Below, in pieces: positions 27,061 to 40,665 of a DNA stretch of 64,000 nucleotides. The notes beneath the pieces were generated by a model. That model searched no databases, was not told the origin of the DNA, and saw nothing but the letters and a program-made list of their open reading frames with translations. The stretch lies in contig NC_045697.1 of assembly GCF_009834535.1 (NCBI RefSeq), positions 47,866,001 to 47,930,000 on the forward strand, written 5' to 3'. Origin of the DNA: Camelus ferus. Its lineage: Eukaryota. Each line of letters opens with the position of its first letter. Position 1 is the stretch's first letter. The position numbers and the translations under genes are program-made.

Positions 27061-27996
27061 GCTTTGTAGTTAATTTTACAGTGGTTTTTAGTAAATAGTT
27101 TTGAATTTTAATTTTCCTGTGGGGAAAAAAGCTTAGTGGAGTACAATGGTTATTTACAGTCATTTAGACTTCTCAGACCACTGAAATTTCATAAACAATT
27201 GAGAGACCTACATGGAGCCATCAAAATATCTTTATAAAGTTTTATTAAAATCTACCAACAAATTTATCAGCACTATTATTTCATACAAGAAAAAGCCCTT
27301 GAACATCCCCAAAAAAGTGGAAGAAGTCTTAGAGTAACGGAAATCATTCCCAAGAAAGGACAGTGGGCAACTGCATGCCAAAATTATCCTTACTTTTTTC
27401 ATTTTGTCACATACCAGTGAACACTTAAGGACCAACACCAGATTGCAAACTGGCACTTGAACTTAGCCTGATTCTTCATCAATAAGTTAAGCTGTTTTAT
27501 CTATCTCATTGGATATTCATTCAGCAAACACTGACAAGTTGTTATTAAGCAGAGGAATTCAGGATCAAATGAAGTATATGAAATCACTATACACAGTGCC
27601 TTGTGCAAAGCACCATTAAAATATACACTATTGCTATTACAAAAAATATAAATACTATTAATTGATTCCTAAGAGAAAAAAAAGATTTCCCACCACCAGT
27701 TTTAATGACTTAGTCATTTTCTATATTCATGCTATCACAAATGACAGGTAGAATTTTTTAGAATGAACATTTTCCACATTTTTCTTTAGAAAATAGTCAT
27801 ACTTGTGACATAGCTCATGATTCCTGCTATTCTCTGTCTTATGGGAATTGAGGATGTTACTTTTCCCTCAGATGGTATGGCTCTCAAGGGAAAGTTATTA
27901 AGCTAGAAATTGCTGCTATAATTATCAGCATGTAGAATCTGAATTCCAAGAAGAAAATTTAACAGGATCTAAAAGGTAGGTTCAGACACAGTAAAT

Positions 27997-28002
27997 TTTA
28001 TT
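27997..28002 (-). terminator. MRPL1: MRPL1 polyadenylation signal AATAAA (3'UTR about 190 nt)
   Basis: Plus-strand tttatt about 170 nt after the stop, followed on the minus strand by a GU-like element (ctgtgtctg). Confidence 0.7.
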
Positions 28003-28170
28003 TTCTTATTTTTGAAAGCACTGTAAGATTTCCCAGTGTTAAAATTCACTTTCAAGTATGATGATCAAGAAATAACAAGACACAAAACATAGAAATTATA
28101 GTTTTATAATTTTCTTTGTTGCTTCTTGATCCACTGAAAATAATTTCACAATGCAACACATTTAGGCAGC

Positions 28171-28280
28171 TTATGTGTTACTTTCTTTGGTTTCTACTTC
28201 TTTAGGCAACAACGGCTCGATCTTTAGTAACAAACCTTCACTTGTTGAACTTCGAAGGAAAGCACGTACCACAAAGGGTC
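28171..28280 (-). CDS. MRPL1: MRPL1 terminal coding exon (coding part 110 nt including TAA)
   Basis: Minus strand reads tctttgttttcag|GA CCC TTT GTG GTA CGT ... AGT AAC ACA TAA and translates to (G)[35 protein letters not shown], completing the split Gly codon. The preceding intron is 28281-29808. Confidence 0.97.
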
Positions 28281-28749
28281 CTGAAAACAAAGAATCAATT
28301 TTCATTTTATTTGACAGAGATACCTAATGAGCAAATGCAAACATAAAACAAGAAACTATAAGGTCTCATATATTTTCACTTGAAAAGTACTCATATAACT
28401 GAACTATTATTTTGAATTATAACAAATGGAAGACCATTTAATTTCTAGAGTAGAAGTCAAACAAGCTGTACTCTAGAACGTTAGACATTTATCACTGAAA
28501 CTACACGTATTTACTAATAATTCATTGCTCTCTTCCAGAAGGTGATCACCTAAAATTTATTTTATTGCCAAGTCAACAGTGAAGGGAGCAGGTGGTGATA
28601 TTTACATTTGGTGACAAGATGCTAAATATTTATTTAAAACAGCCAGCACAGATGCTACCTCTGTGTTACCAAACATTTAGTAAAATTCCTTAAAAATTAA
28701 AAGGCTTTTCATAAGAACAGTGTTAAGGGACCTCATTAAAAATGGCAAA

Positions 28750-28831
28750 GGGGGGTGAGTAGAGTACCTGCTTAGAATGCATGAGGTCTTGGGTTCAATC
28801 CCCAGCACTTCCATTTAAAAAAAAAAAAAAA
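28750..28831 (+). mobile_element. tRNA-derived SINE, camelid Vic-1-like, in the last MRPL1 intron
   Basis: ggggg...gtagagtacctgcttagaatgcatgaggtcttgggttcaatccccagcacttcc plus poly(A). The B box is intact and the A-box segment appears deleted. Confidence 0.8.
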
Positions 28832-29770
28832 GATAAGTGGGAAAGAGAGGAAAACTAAATTGCTTGTAGAGATTTACTGTCCATCATTCTACTCCTGCTA
28901 TAGGCTCAGAGGATCCTATGCTGCAATCAAAGTTCTCCATAAAATTTAAGAATCCATACACGTATAATCACTAATATTATGGTCATATCTAGGCAAGATA
29001 TGGCAAGAAGATATAACAAATGAGGTGTTTATTCACCAGTGTGTTTAACTCCAAAAGAAGGTTAAAAATAGCTTATAGCTTAAGGCTGTGTTTTAATTAT
29101 ATACTTGGATTATAAAACTAAACATAACTGATCCCTATCCTATAATGGCAAACCTGTAAGTGCACAGTCAGTTGAGGGTAATGGACTCTCGCGTGGCTTC
29201 AACCAGCCACGAGAGAACACGTTTGCCTGAGGAAGGCCTGTGCGTGGCAGGTAATGCAGTGGGTACTAGACGTGTTCCTGGCCTGACCCAGCTTCCACAT
29301 CTTGACCAAGTTTCACTGTTCTCTGTGAATTACTCAGTATATAAAGAGTGATTCTCATGACATAATGAAAAACCTTGTTTCCTTTCTAAAATAAGTAAGG
29401 TTAAAGAAGCCAATCACTAGTACCAGTGACAAAGTAAATGGTCTGGCTTCAAAACAGCATTTATCTCATAAATGATTTTAGCTTCTACTTAAACACCACT
29501 GTAAGTTTAAGGCAATCAGTTACAGTTTTCTTTCAGACTTTATTACATTTAATGGTAGAAATAATGTGGGAATTTACAAAGGCTTTAGGATGCATTCCTT
29601 ATTAATGTTAAAGAGCTCTCCTGTCTAAATAACTACAACTTGTTAATAAGTTAATTAGGAATCCTTTGGAGAAATAAATTTTATTTCTTTAATCCCTGGA
29701 AATTTCATTGTTACTGTAGTTGCATGTTAACTGGATAGTTTTCTTAATATTTTACATTTTTCACGTATCA

Positions 29771-29923
<153 letters not shown>

Positions 29924-32900
29924 TCAAGAGGATGATATTACAAGTTTTGGTAGCTGTATCAGTACTTACTCCAGGCAGGTTTTTTTTTTTCAAAATTCAA
30001 CTAAAGCACATCATCTATTAAGAGACTCCACTGTGAAAGAAAAGAACTTCAATTACTCTTCTTTTAGAATGCTACATTCACGTGTCTTTACATGTCAAGA
30101 CTTAATGACCTTTTAGAACATATAGAAAAGTGTTTTGAAGTTGTTCTACTTGAAATTCAAGGATTTCCCCAAAGCACATCCTGGGGCAGAATACACACCC
30201 TACCTGCATCCTCCCCACATCATCACCCCCAAGGAATTCGTAATATTTTCCCTTGAAGTTATTTGTTGATTTATTTTTTAAAAGAAACTAAGAAAATGTT
30301 TAGAAGTTACTGCTTTCCCAAGTCCAAAATAAAACTACTTGACTACACACATTCAGCTAACACGTCTCACAAAGAGACATTTTCAAGATGTTAACGCTAA
30401 CACTCTAACTCTGTAATAACAATTATCCTGCTACTTAGTGAAAACCACAGTAAGTAAACACATAGTGAATGAACCCCATTCATAAAACCCCCAAACCCAG
30501 CACACATCTTTGGAAAGGCCTTGTGCTTATCATTCAAATTCAATGCATGTTATTCTTAAATATATCAGCTAAAATCAGTTATATTACATTCCAATGTTTA
30601 CAGGATTCTGCACTTTGCCAAATGAATCAATTTTTAAAAAATCACATAAAACTTATAACAGTGTTACTGACAAAAATTACACAGTAAGAGTTCAAGTTCA
30701 AACAAGAATTCTATTTTCCAATGACTCTTGAGACCACAGTAAGAAATGTGGTGCATAAGCATAAAGAGAATTTCTCCTACAAAAACCTGTGCTCATCATC
30801 AGACAGCATGTATTCGACTCTCGCCTGGGCATGATGCAATACCACACCCTAAATGAGACGGTGTGGATGTTACTTGAGGAATTTTTACTTTATGCCAATC
30901 CACAAGTAGGAGTTTTCAAAGGAAAAATCAATAAAGAAAGAAATGTTTAGTTCGTCTTATTAAATCCACAGACCTTACAGACTTTAATTTGCACTGAAGC
31001 AAGTGGTTCACCATACATGGACAATGCACCTAACATTTGCTATGTTAAAAAAGAAAATAAACAAAAGAAAACAAAACACTAAGAGTACCAATCAACATGT
31101 GTCCTTTCATTCCTTTCTTAATTTTCCACTTTACTTCAAAATGTCCTTCTTTCTATTATCAACTGAAGTAACCACCACAACTCTAGGGAGTTCCTTTACC
31201 CTTTGTTAAAGACCTATACCCACCTTAAATTTGAGAGGCAATAGATACAAGAAAAAGCAAGATGTCCAATGTATCTTTTTTAATAGTTACAAGCTATACT
31301 GTTAGAATGTACATACTAAACTTCTCAGATTTTTGTAACTATCTTTTCTGTACTTACACTGCCAGTCCTACAGTAAGCTAACATATGCTTTAGAAATGCC
31401 AAACAAATGTCTTCAATGATCTCATTAAGTTTTAAAATAAATTGTTTTAAAAAATAGTTTACACGTCTGTCCAAATTTTAGCACCTCTGTGTCCTCTACT
31501 GAATCTTAAAATATATTTATAGCCATAATACCTCATTTTACTTTCTCTTTTAGATATTATGTAAAATTATGAAAAAGTTTAATATTTTATGGGCATAACT
31601 GTAATTACACAATTGGCTACTGATGACAAGATAGCTATGTACAAAAAAATGTATGCATGTATGTATGCATTTTATCAAAACTTGCATAGGAAATTTATTT
31701 GGGCCAAAAGTGACCCAGCAATAATTCGGGAAAGCAACATTTATAAGCTTCTCTGCCTGTATCTCAGCTGCTCTGCTCTTCCAACCGTGCTTTTCCATGT
31801 CATAATATTTTATGGTCTCACAAAGATCGGAAGGACCATTTGTGGCTATACTGTCTTTTAGATTCTCAACAGCAGAGCATAAGACTTTGTACAGCAGGGG
31901 AAAACATTTGGGGGGAGGGAATGGGTTAACCTTGAAGGGGATACTGAACTAAAACACTGTTTGTGTATACACTCATAAGTATATTTGAATATATAACAGT
32001 CACAATACTATCTAAATTTAGCTACAGTGATTGTCCACTGCAGGGCATTATAGTTACTCCCTGTTCTGTAGTATAAATGTTTTTTAAGACTGACATACTG
32101 AATCCTCCCTTCTGCTTAACATTCATATTATGTCAAAAATAATTCCCTAAGCAGACTAGATGGAAGACTTCCGAAAGATGTCAGGGTGTGGCTCAGTGGA
32201 TACAGGTGAACTCTCTTTGTTTTAACTCAGATTTTCCTCTTTCCACGAATTCTCTTTCAAAGATCCCTAATCTTTGTCTTCAATCACTTTCTATCATTAT
32301 GAGAAAACTTAAAAAACAGTGGTTCTTAACCACTTCTTGTCCCTTTTAGATGTGGACATAAGCAGGACAAGCCGTTACCATTAGAGTGTCTAAGACAGTG
32401 ATTCTTAAACCTTTTTCAGGTTATCAAACCTCATTCTAGAAAAATGCACACAGGCACACAAAAATTTTAGCCTACACTTTTAGGGTCTTCAAGAATTCTT
32501 AGATCGTTTAAAAGAAGGGGAAGAGAGAAGAAGGGCTCCTGATGAAAGCGTCCCAGATAGAAGAGATCCCTGGGCCACACTGTGAGAGCCATCAGTGTTG
32601 ATGTAAGTCCGCTCAAATACATCGAAGGACTAAGGACAGCAGTGCGGAAAAAGGATTCAACTTAACTGTGTACATTTTACAGAGGACAGAACTAAAAAAG
32701 AAAAGCAAAGTATGTGTGTGTAATTTTTAAACAATCACATGTTCCTCCTAAAGTGGCCAGCTTCTGCCACTGTACATGTTCTAACAGCCTCTAGATGACT
32801 GCTTATCTCTAACTGGAAACTGCAGAGAGAACTGCTGCTTTGGATAAGCACTTGTTAGAACATCTGACCTCCAAAATCTCTTCCAAATGCAGTGTTCTTA

Positions 32901-33019
32901 GAGTATATAAAGGGTGGTCTGACATATGGTTTCTACATATGGGCCAATACTTCTAATTCCCTTGACTCCTAACAGTTTAAACCAAGAAAAGGAAGACAGT
33001 CTGGTAACAATGGCAATAA

Positions 33020-33220
33020 TAATAGACTGAGCAGCTCTATTATTGGGCACTTACTCTAAGCCAAACTCTGTTCTAAGCATTACAAGGACATTCTCATTCA
33101 TTTTTCCCAAGTATCCTGAAGATGGGTACCATTACCATTCCTCTTTTACAGTTAGAAACTGAGAACTTAGAAAACTTTGTAACTTATTCAAAAGCACACA
33201 CATGGTAAGGAGTGGCCCAG
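33020..33220 (-). mobile_element. MIR SINE
   Basis: Antisense MIR core (attcctcttttacagttagaaactgag...aacttattcaaaagcacaca). Confidence 0.65.
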
Positions 33221-33865
33221 GAGCTATGTGAAGGAGCTCTAAAAGCAGAGAAATGTGACTTTGAACTCCATTTCCACCACTTACTAGCTTGTGACTCTGG
33301 ACATGGCTGGTAAGTGTTGGTAATCCTTACGAAAACTGAAGTTATCAGTTTCTGGAATATATAAACAAGTTTGTTATAAACTAAGGGAACAAAAAGAGGA
33401 AACTACGTGAAATACTGAAAGGAAAAGAATATACATTTAAGTGAGAAAAATATGAATTTTTCTTCCTGTCTAATGAATCCTGTTCTACCTTCCCAGTTTT
33501 TAGATGTTAACAGTATACCATTTAGCAACATTGACTTGGCCTGCACTCTTTGTCAAGAAACATGCTGGGGACTAGGAACAGAAAGATGAGTAAGATATAA
33601 ACCTTACAGTCAAGGAGCTTACCATCTGGTCACTAAAATACATGACAGGTGCCACTCTTAATTGTATGAACAAAGTGCCACAAGGGTAGAGGAAGAAGTG
33701 ATTGATTTTGACAGGGAAGGCTTCAAAAGACGATATTTAAACTGAGTCTTACAGGATGAAAAGTTTTGAAGGACAAAGAGGATATTCTAGGCAGAAGGAG
33801 CAACATGAGGTAATGTGAGAACAGATGGATCAGATGACCATGAGGCAGCTCACTTTACCTAGACC

Positions 33866-34200
33866 CAGGGCTGCAAACTCAAATACCTACTGTGGCCAGA
33901 GCAGGTAAAAACACACATGATTGAAGAGGACTGGCTATGAGTGCATATGCACACAGGACCTGCAGGGCACAAGCTGTGCAGACGTGGAGAGCACTGCTCC
34001 AGAGGAAGGGGGCAGAAGTCATTCAGCACTAACAGAATGTTACACTGAAGGCTTTGGGGGCAGTTTTATCAGAACTCTTGACTTGTCAAGAATAACTAGA
34101 AATCTAAATTTCTATGTGATATCATCCAGTTTTTAAATGCTGATTCAATGAAACAAGTCTGGGGACCAAATTCAGCCTGTAGGCTGCCAATTTATAACTC
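33866..34200. mobile_element. hAT (MER45-like) DNA transposon within an antisense L2
   Basis: Termini cagggctgcaaactcaaatacctac and aaattcagcctgtaggctgccaattt. L2-like sequence lies on both sides (about 33540-33860 and 34280-34400). Confidence 0.55.
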
Positions 34201-34411
34201 TAGACTTCAAGTTGCATTACTAAAAATAACAGGAAGTACTGAACTTGAACTTCATATAATGATTTGAGACTCCACAACAGAAAGATCTGAATGTAAAGCT
34301 AAAGATTTTAGAATATATTCTGTCAACAATGAGAAGCTACTTCATGCTTTTAAGCAGACAAATGGTATTACTGGTCTATGTTTTAGAGAATTTTAAAGAA
34401 TGGGTGTAAAA

Positions 34412-34635
34412 CAAGAGTTGGCAAACCTTTTCTGTAAATGGTCAGACAGTGAACATTTTGGGCTTTGCCAGCTAAACGGTCACTGTTGCAAATACTCAGT
34501 TCTGCTGGTGGTGCAGAAGTTGTCACAGACAATACACAGACGAATGACTACAGCTGTGTTCCAACAAAACTCTACTTACAAAAACAGATGGAGAGCTGGA
34601 AGTGGCCCATAGGCCACAGTTTGCAGACCCCTGGT
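34412..34635 (+). mobile_element. MER58A-like hAT-Charlie element
   Basis: gttggcaaaccttttctgtaaatggtcagacagt...ggcccataggccacagtttgcagacccctg, with inverted termini. Confidence 0.8.
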
Positions 34636-35933
34636 CTGGAAGATAGACCAAAGGATGTCTGAGAAAATGAATGGGCAAAAGTAATCATTAATTTTTGCTT
34701 GAGCATAAAAGATTTTTGTTTTGTTTTGTTTAACAGAAAGCTTTGTTGGGTACCGATAGACTTTGGTATCCTATAATGCATCCACTATGCAGAGGAGGCA
34801 AAAAAAAAAAGTTTTGTCAAGCTAAGAATTCTACTACCATTTAAAATAAAAGTAGGAAAATGCTTAGCAATCGTTGTCAACCATGTCATAAAATTAAAAT
34901 ATGCACTTGAAACAAGGTGTTACATGGGGCTTTTCTGGAAGTTTCTTCAGGACTGATGACCAGGGCCTAAATCTAAAAACAAAAGAGCCACTTAGTACCC
35001 TATATTTTAAAGAAAGATGCCAACAATTAAGGCCACCAAAAAGTTCTCACCATAATTAACAACCCTCCTAAGTAGAAGAAGGCCAAGAGGAAGGCTCCAA
35101 GAGGCTCCTGTGTTGAGACTGGGGTCCCCGCCAACAGACGAGACTGGCTGGTTGAACATATGCTTAAAGGACATCAAATAACAGCTGGCCAGAGAAGCAT
35201 CAACAACCGAAGAGGGGACCATAGATGTGGGCAGATAAGGAGGGGCAGCTGCCTCTTCTCCCTTATTCCCTTGGTTAAGCAGAGGGGTTAAGCCTGGAAC
35301 AGGGATTGGGGTGAGGTATTTAGAACGGAATCATTTCATTGCAGCATTCTATGGTCTAGAGTGGGAGAAGGTGTAAATGAAACCATAATAAGACCTCCCC
35401 ACTTCAGATCACAAGCCACAAATGCCTGGTTCCAAACTGGACAGGAAAATCTTTGGATATGAGACTGGAGTTTTGAATCGGATCAGGCTGCACTTTTAAT
35501 TACTGACAGTTACCGGAATTATGAGAACCACCTAATATGCCTGTGCATAACATAGAAGACAAATCATACACTGCACACTTTGGAATCAGGGAATGGAGAA
35601 GACTACTTCATGTTCATACCCCACTAAATTCAGACTTTTCAACAAAAAGTTGCACATTTATACACAGACTAGTCTGTGCATATGAGTTGTGAATTTGTGT
35701 TCACAGGAATGGTATTTATAATAATCAGATATTAGAAACAATCTATGAATGTCCCAAAAAAGGACTAAGGTTATATAAATTATGATATATCCACATGATA
35801 CAGCTTGATATTAAAATAATACTTTGCACGAATTTTAATGATTTGGGAAAATATTCAAGACAAAGTATTTAAGGAAAAAAAATACAAAACTCAATATATA
35901 GTATGCTAGCAATTACCTAAACAAAAAAACACA

Positions 35934-36118
35934 TGGATAGTTCCCTTGGCAATCTTCTCCCCTTTCCTAGAGCCCTAATGACCTGCCTGCCTCCTTAAAA
36001 TTCATTTACTTCCCTCCCCTCAGGGAGAAGGTGTTTTTAGGGCTTAAGCCTTCCCTTCTCCATTCCATGATCAATGAATAAGGTTTCTACTCTATACCAA
36101 GAAGAAGGAAAAAAAAAA
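35934..36118 (+). mobile_element. Polyadenylated ERV-LTR-like fragment inserted in an L1ME 3' end
   Basis: U3/R-like sequence, aataag at 36077-36082, A-rich tail at 36099-36118, and possible TSD aaaaaaacaca / aaaaaagcaca. Confidence 0.5.
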
Positions 36119-36429
36119 GCACAGAGAAAGAACAGTAGTGAAAAAGCACTAAAATTTACCAATGGCAATTTTTAAATAATTTTTTATTCTTACTTATGCT
36201 ATCAGTATTTTTCAAATATTTTACTATTTGCATGTTATTACTTACTCATTTAAAAACTAGTTTAACTTTAGAAATTTTAAATTACAAAACCAGTCCATTA
36301 AGATGCTGTAAATGACAAGGCATACCTTATTTCTTTACATTTCCTTGAAACAAAATAAAAATCATTCTCACAATTGGTATTGAGGGATAGACACAAACCT
36401 CCACACCCTCACCAACACCAGCACCATGC

Positions 36430-37760
36430 ATCCTAGCAAACTAATTATGTTGTTCCAGTATATAACATTTTGAGATTACTCTCACTCAGGTTAGAGTACG
36501 TAACCTTTTGAGAGTGTCCTAAGTTGTTGCGTTGATCTACAGTTTATACTCTTTTCATCACTGAGTAGTATTCCATTATATGGATGTACCAGAGGGGTTT
36601 TTTAAAACACCATTCACACACAGAACGATAGCTGGGTTTTTCATCTTCTGATGATTATCAATATAGTTCCTATAAATATTTGTGTCCAGATATTTGTGTG
36701 AACAGTAACTTTTGATTTGACTTTAAATGTTTCAACTCTATAGGAGTAAAATTGGTGGGCCATACTAGTAAATGTATGTTTAGCTTTATAAGACAATAGC
36801 AAACTGTCTAGAAAAGCTGTACTATTTTGTATCCCTACCATCAATGTATGAGAGTTTTTCTGTAATCTTGCCATTATTTTTTTTAATTAAAATATAGCTG
36901 ATTTACAATGTTGTGTAATTTTCTGCACAATACTTCCTCCTCTCCTTCTGAGACATCAATGATATGAAACTTAGATCTTTGTTATTGTCCCATAGGGCCT
37001 TAATGCTCTTTTTTTCCTCCAATCTTTCATCTCTGTTTTTCAGATTGAATAATTTTTATGATCGATCTTCAAGTTCTGACTCTCTCCTCTGTCACCTCCA
37101 TTAATTTCAACCTCAGGAGTTAATAATACATAATTTTTATGAGGTCCCTTTCCTAAGTTTCCCCCTCTCCTTGATATCCCTAGTATTTTCTAGTTCCCTG
37201 GGGCTTTCCTTTTCGGCACTCTGCCCAGAAAGCTGAGGTTTTATTTACCCTATTTTGCCTCTTACTTTCTCCAAGTGTTCCTGCAGTGAGGGCCAACTGG
37301 CAGGGAACAGAGAGAGAAAATAAAGAAAGGTGATATGCCCCCACCTCTCGTGACCACAGATCCTCTCATCAGAAAGGAAGCCCCCCCCTCCCCTTCTTCA
37401 ATTAGATACCTGTGTCCTCCTCTGCACCCACTGTCACTGCCGTGGTCTCTGATTCCCAAGTCTGAAGCACAGAGCTTCTCCGAGAGCTCTCCCGGGACCC
37501 TCTCTGCCAGCACTGATGTCCACTTCCTGGTTTTCTTCCAGGCCATGTGACAACACAAACAGAAAAATGGCAAACTTGCCACCAGTTTGGTAGTATTTCA
37601 AATTCTGGTCTTCCCTAATTCGCCTGCTACTATTTACTTTTCAGAGTCTTAAATAGCTGCTCTGTGAATTTCATCCAGGTTTTATAATAGCAGCACTCAT
37701 TGAGAGAGATAGGGTGTCATGTGATTATTACACCATCTCACTTGGAACTAGAACTTCCTA
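36430..37760 (-). mobile_element. Cluster of antisense L1 fragments (3' part, short young tail at about 36873-36925, 5'UTR/ORF1 part)
   Basis: Motifs tgagtagtattccattatatggatgtacc, tttttaattaaaatatagctgatttacaatgttgtg and tttcagattgaataattttt...tcttcaagttc. Confidence 0.7.
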
Positions 37761-37786
37761 GGCTTATGTTTCACATATTTATATTT

Positions 37787-37960
37787 TAGGGTTGGCAAAC
37801 TTCTTCTGTAAAGAACCAGAGAGTAAATATCTTAGGCTTAAAGGGCCACATATGAATTTCTGCTGCATGTTCTTTTTTTATACAACCTTTTAAAAGACCC
37901 TTCTAAGCTCACAGGTGGTACAAGAACAGTTAACAGAGCCACTGTTTGCCAACCCCTGCA
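37787..37960 (+). mobile_element. MER58-like hAT-Charlie element
   Basis: Inverted termini agggttggcaaac ... gtttgccaacccct. Confidence 0.75.
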
Positions 37961-40509
37961 ATACATTATTTGTCCCCAAATATATGAAAATTCATGCAAA
38001 GACAAGTTGTGGCATGACTTCTGCATTGTATCACTTTAACAAATGAGTATCTTTACCAAAATCCAGAGTGCTGTTACGCAGAAACAGCCTTCATCATTGC
38101 TCATGATAAAGCTATTTGGAAAGTGCTTAATTTTGTGTTTATATCTAATATATTTAATAATTCATAATAGAGTATTACAGATGCTTTATTATCTACTATA
38201 AATACTATATTACTACATGTTATTATTTGTTTAGAAATAACACTAATGAAAGTCACAGGGAATTATTTTTCAGATTGACTCAATTTCTTCTGCTGGATTT
38301 GGATAAAGACAGAATGCAGTAACAGCTGTCATACTTATCACTGGTTTCTGAAATAAAGCTAACAAAAGAAAGCTGTGTGTGCAGTATACTGTGTGTGCAG
38401 TACTTATACACAACTACTTATTAACAAATGGATTGACAAACAAAGGAAAGGAAGTCAGTTTACTCCCCTATTACACGTTATGCCACACTCATATTTTTTA
38501 TTAACATGTGTTATCCTATTAATCAATGATCACTACACTGTTTAGGTAATGCAATGAATTAAAAAGAAAAGTTATTGGTTTCTCTCAAATGGTATGGTTT
38601 TTCTTATGCTACTATTTATATCTGATAGAAGGGGAGAGTCATACTTCTTAGTCTGAAAAGTTCTGAGATATTATCATCTGATTTCACAACAGTATAGATT
38701 AAAAAAACTGGAAATGATAATAAACTATTTTTGATTCTAATATTCCTACTGATAAGAACACTGATAAAAATCCATCCAAAGGATGTAACTTAAAATACTA
38801 CAAGGACTATTCATCCCAGTTAAGTAAACATCTCTCACGATAAAGCATCAAGCAAATTGCTGGCACATACTGGGTCTTGGATAAATATTATTTTCTCCTC
38901 TTTCTTATCACCATTCTCTTGGAAATCTAAGATCTACTGCCAATCAACTTCCTTTATTTTTAACGAGAACTAAAACATACAGAATTTGACTTTTACATTC
39001 TACATTTTATCTTCTACTTTTTAATTTCTTTATCTATGACACAGTATACTGTAGTACACCAAAAATAATGCAACCAAAGAAAAGTTAATCATCAACTAGA
39101 AGAAATGGAGGAAAGGAGGAGGGGAAATGGCAATAAGCCATGAGCCAATGTGCTGCTGCCTTGTATCCAACTATTGTTTGTATCTAATTGATTTAAGCAA
39201 TATTTCTTGCTTGCCACTTTTGAAACTTATGGACCCAGATGCTTCAAAATAAGCCTTTAATTTCCGTGTACTATACTACCCACATCTTGTTGTTTACCTG
39301 AACTCCAACACATTCACTTTTCCTGTTCTAACATGTTCGCTAAAACTGAAGGCTCTGATTTCAACACAAGATTTTACTATGTTTATATTCCCTTGCCCTA
39401 AACTTGTTTATCTTTGTTACCATATACTTCATTTTTTATTACCTGCCAAGTTGACAACATTCTTGCCACAAAACAATTCACTATTACACAAGCAAAACAT
39501 AGTGATACACATCTATGAATGGACCAAGTCTACAACTTTAAAAAGAAGGGTGGGGGAAAAAAGCACATCAAAGACATTGTCTTTATATTAAGTATGTCAA
39601 AAATGCAAGTATATCTGAAACCCAGACAAGAAACACTAGTTAAATCAGGTCCTGGCATGTTTTGGTATAAACAAAATTCTGGGCTGTCCTATCCTCTTTT
39701 TTCCTTTTTAGAAAATGAGCTTAGATGTGATTTACCAATAGCATTACTATTTGTTAAGTCTTCAAAATCTGGATATTTATACCATTATAAAAGGACTACA
39801 GTTGTCTTTCCTTTAATGCTATGATAACCATTCATGTCAAAGATAGGCTATTAAATTACTTTTAAAAGAGGTTCTTCAAAACTTCAATCATATTTAGTGA
39901 AGTTTTTAAGTCTTCCTCAACCCAAATTATTCAAGATTTTATGTTCTAATTACATACTAATAAATTAAAAGAACAGAAAAAGCAATCGTTTCTAAATTAG
40001 AACAGTGGCACACATATTTTGAAAGTACACTGTTCTCCAGAATACTCTTTTACTTAATTTTACAGAATACTAGTGGAAACCTGTCCTGTGATATAAAAAA
40101 TAAATAGGAAGACCAGGACCCTACTTAACAGGAGAAATCAATGTTTCATAATAAACTTATTGGTGCCACTAATTTGGAATTAGTAATAATTCAAAGACTG
40201 TCAAATGTGTTTAAAAAGTTTTATGATGTAATAAATAAATAAGATTATAAGAAAATGTTTAAACATCTTTAGAGAACATTTATGTTAAAAACACTTTAAT
40301 ATAAACAACTTACTTGTTAATTACACAGCATTATTAACTGAGGCAGAATCTATCAAGCAACATTTTCGATTAGATACTCTGCTATCAAAATTAATTTGTT
40401 GCATGTCATTGAAAAACTTTTCTGTGGTATTTACTTCCAACTAATTCATACTAATTTTCCCATAAATTCAATTCTATCTTTCATGTCTTTCTAACACGTA
40501 AGTGGACAA

Positions 40510-40665
40510 ACAAGGAGGGAGGGAAGGAGTAGAGAAGAGAAAAAAAAAAAAGAGAGAGAGAGAGAGATGGGAAAAAAATAGAAAAGAAACACTTCAGAGA
40601 GCTATTAAAGAGAATTAAAAAAAGAAAGAAAGAAAAGAAAAAGACAGGGGAAGGAAAAGGGGAGC
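40510..40665 (+). repeat. Purine-rich simple repeats: (GA)n, A-tracts, GAAA
   Basis: Directly visible aaaaaaaaaaagagagagagagagaga and aaagaaagaaagaaaagaaaa. Confidence 0.85.

Noticed and set aside
1..27900. FRAS1 promoter or exons, or another coding gene
   Set aside because: No CpG island and no spliceable segment with recognisable protein similarity.
28750..28815. tRNA gene
   Set aside because: tRNA-like B box but no complete cloverleaf, and it has a poly(A) tail, so it is a SINE.
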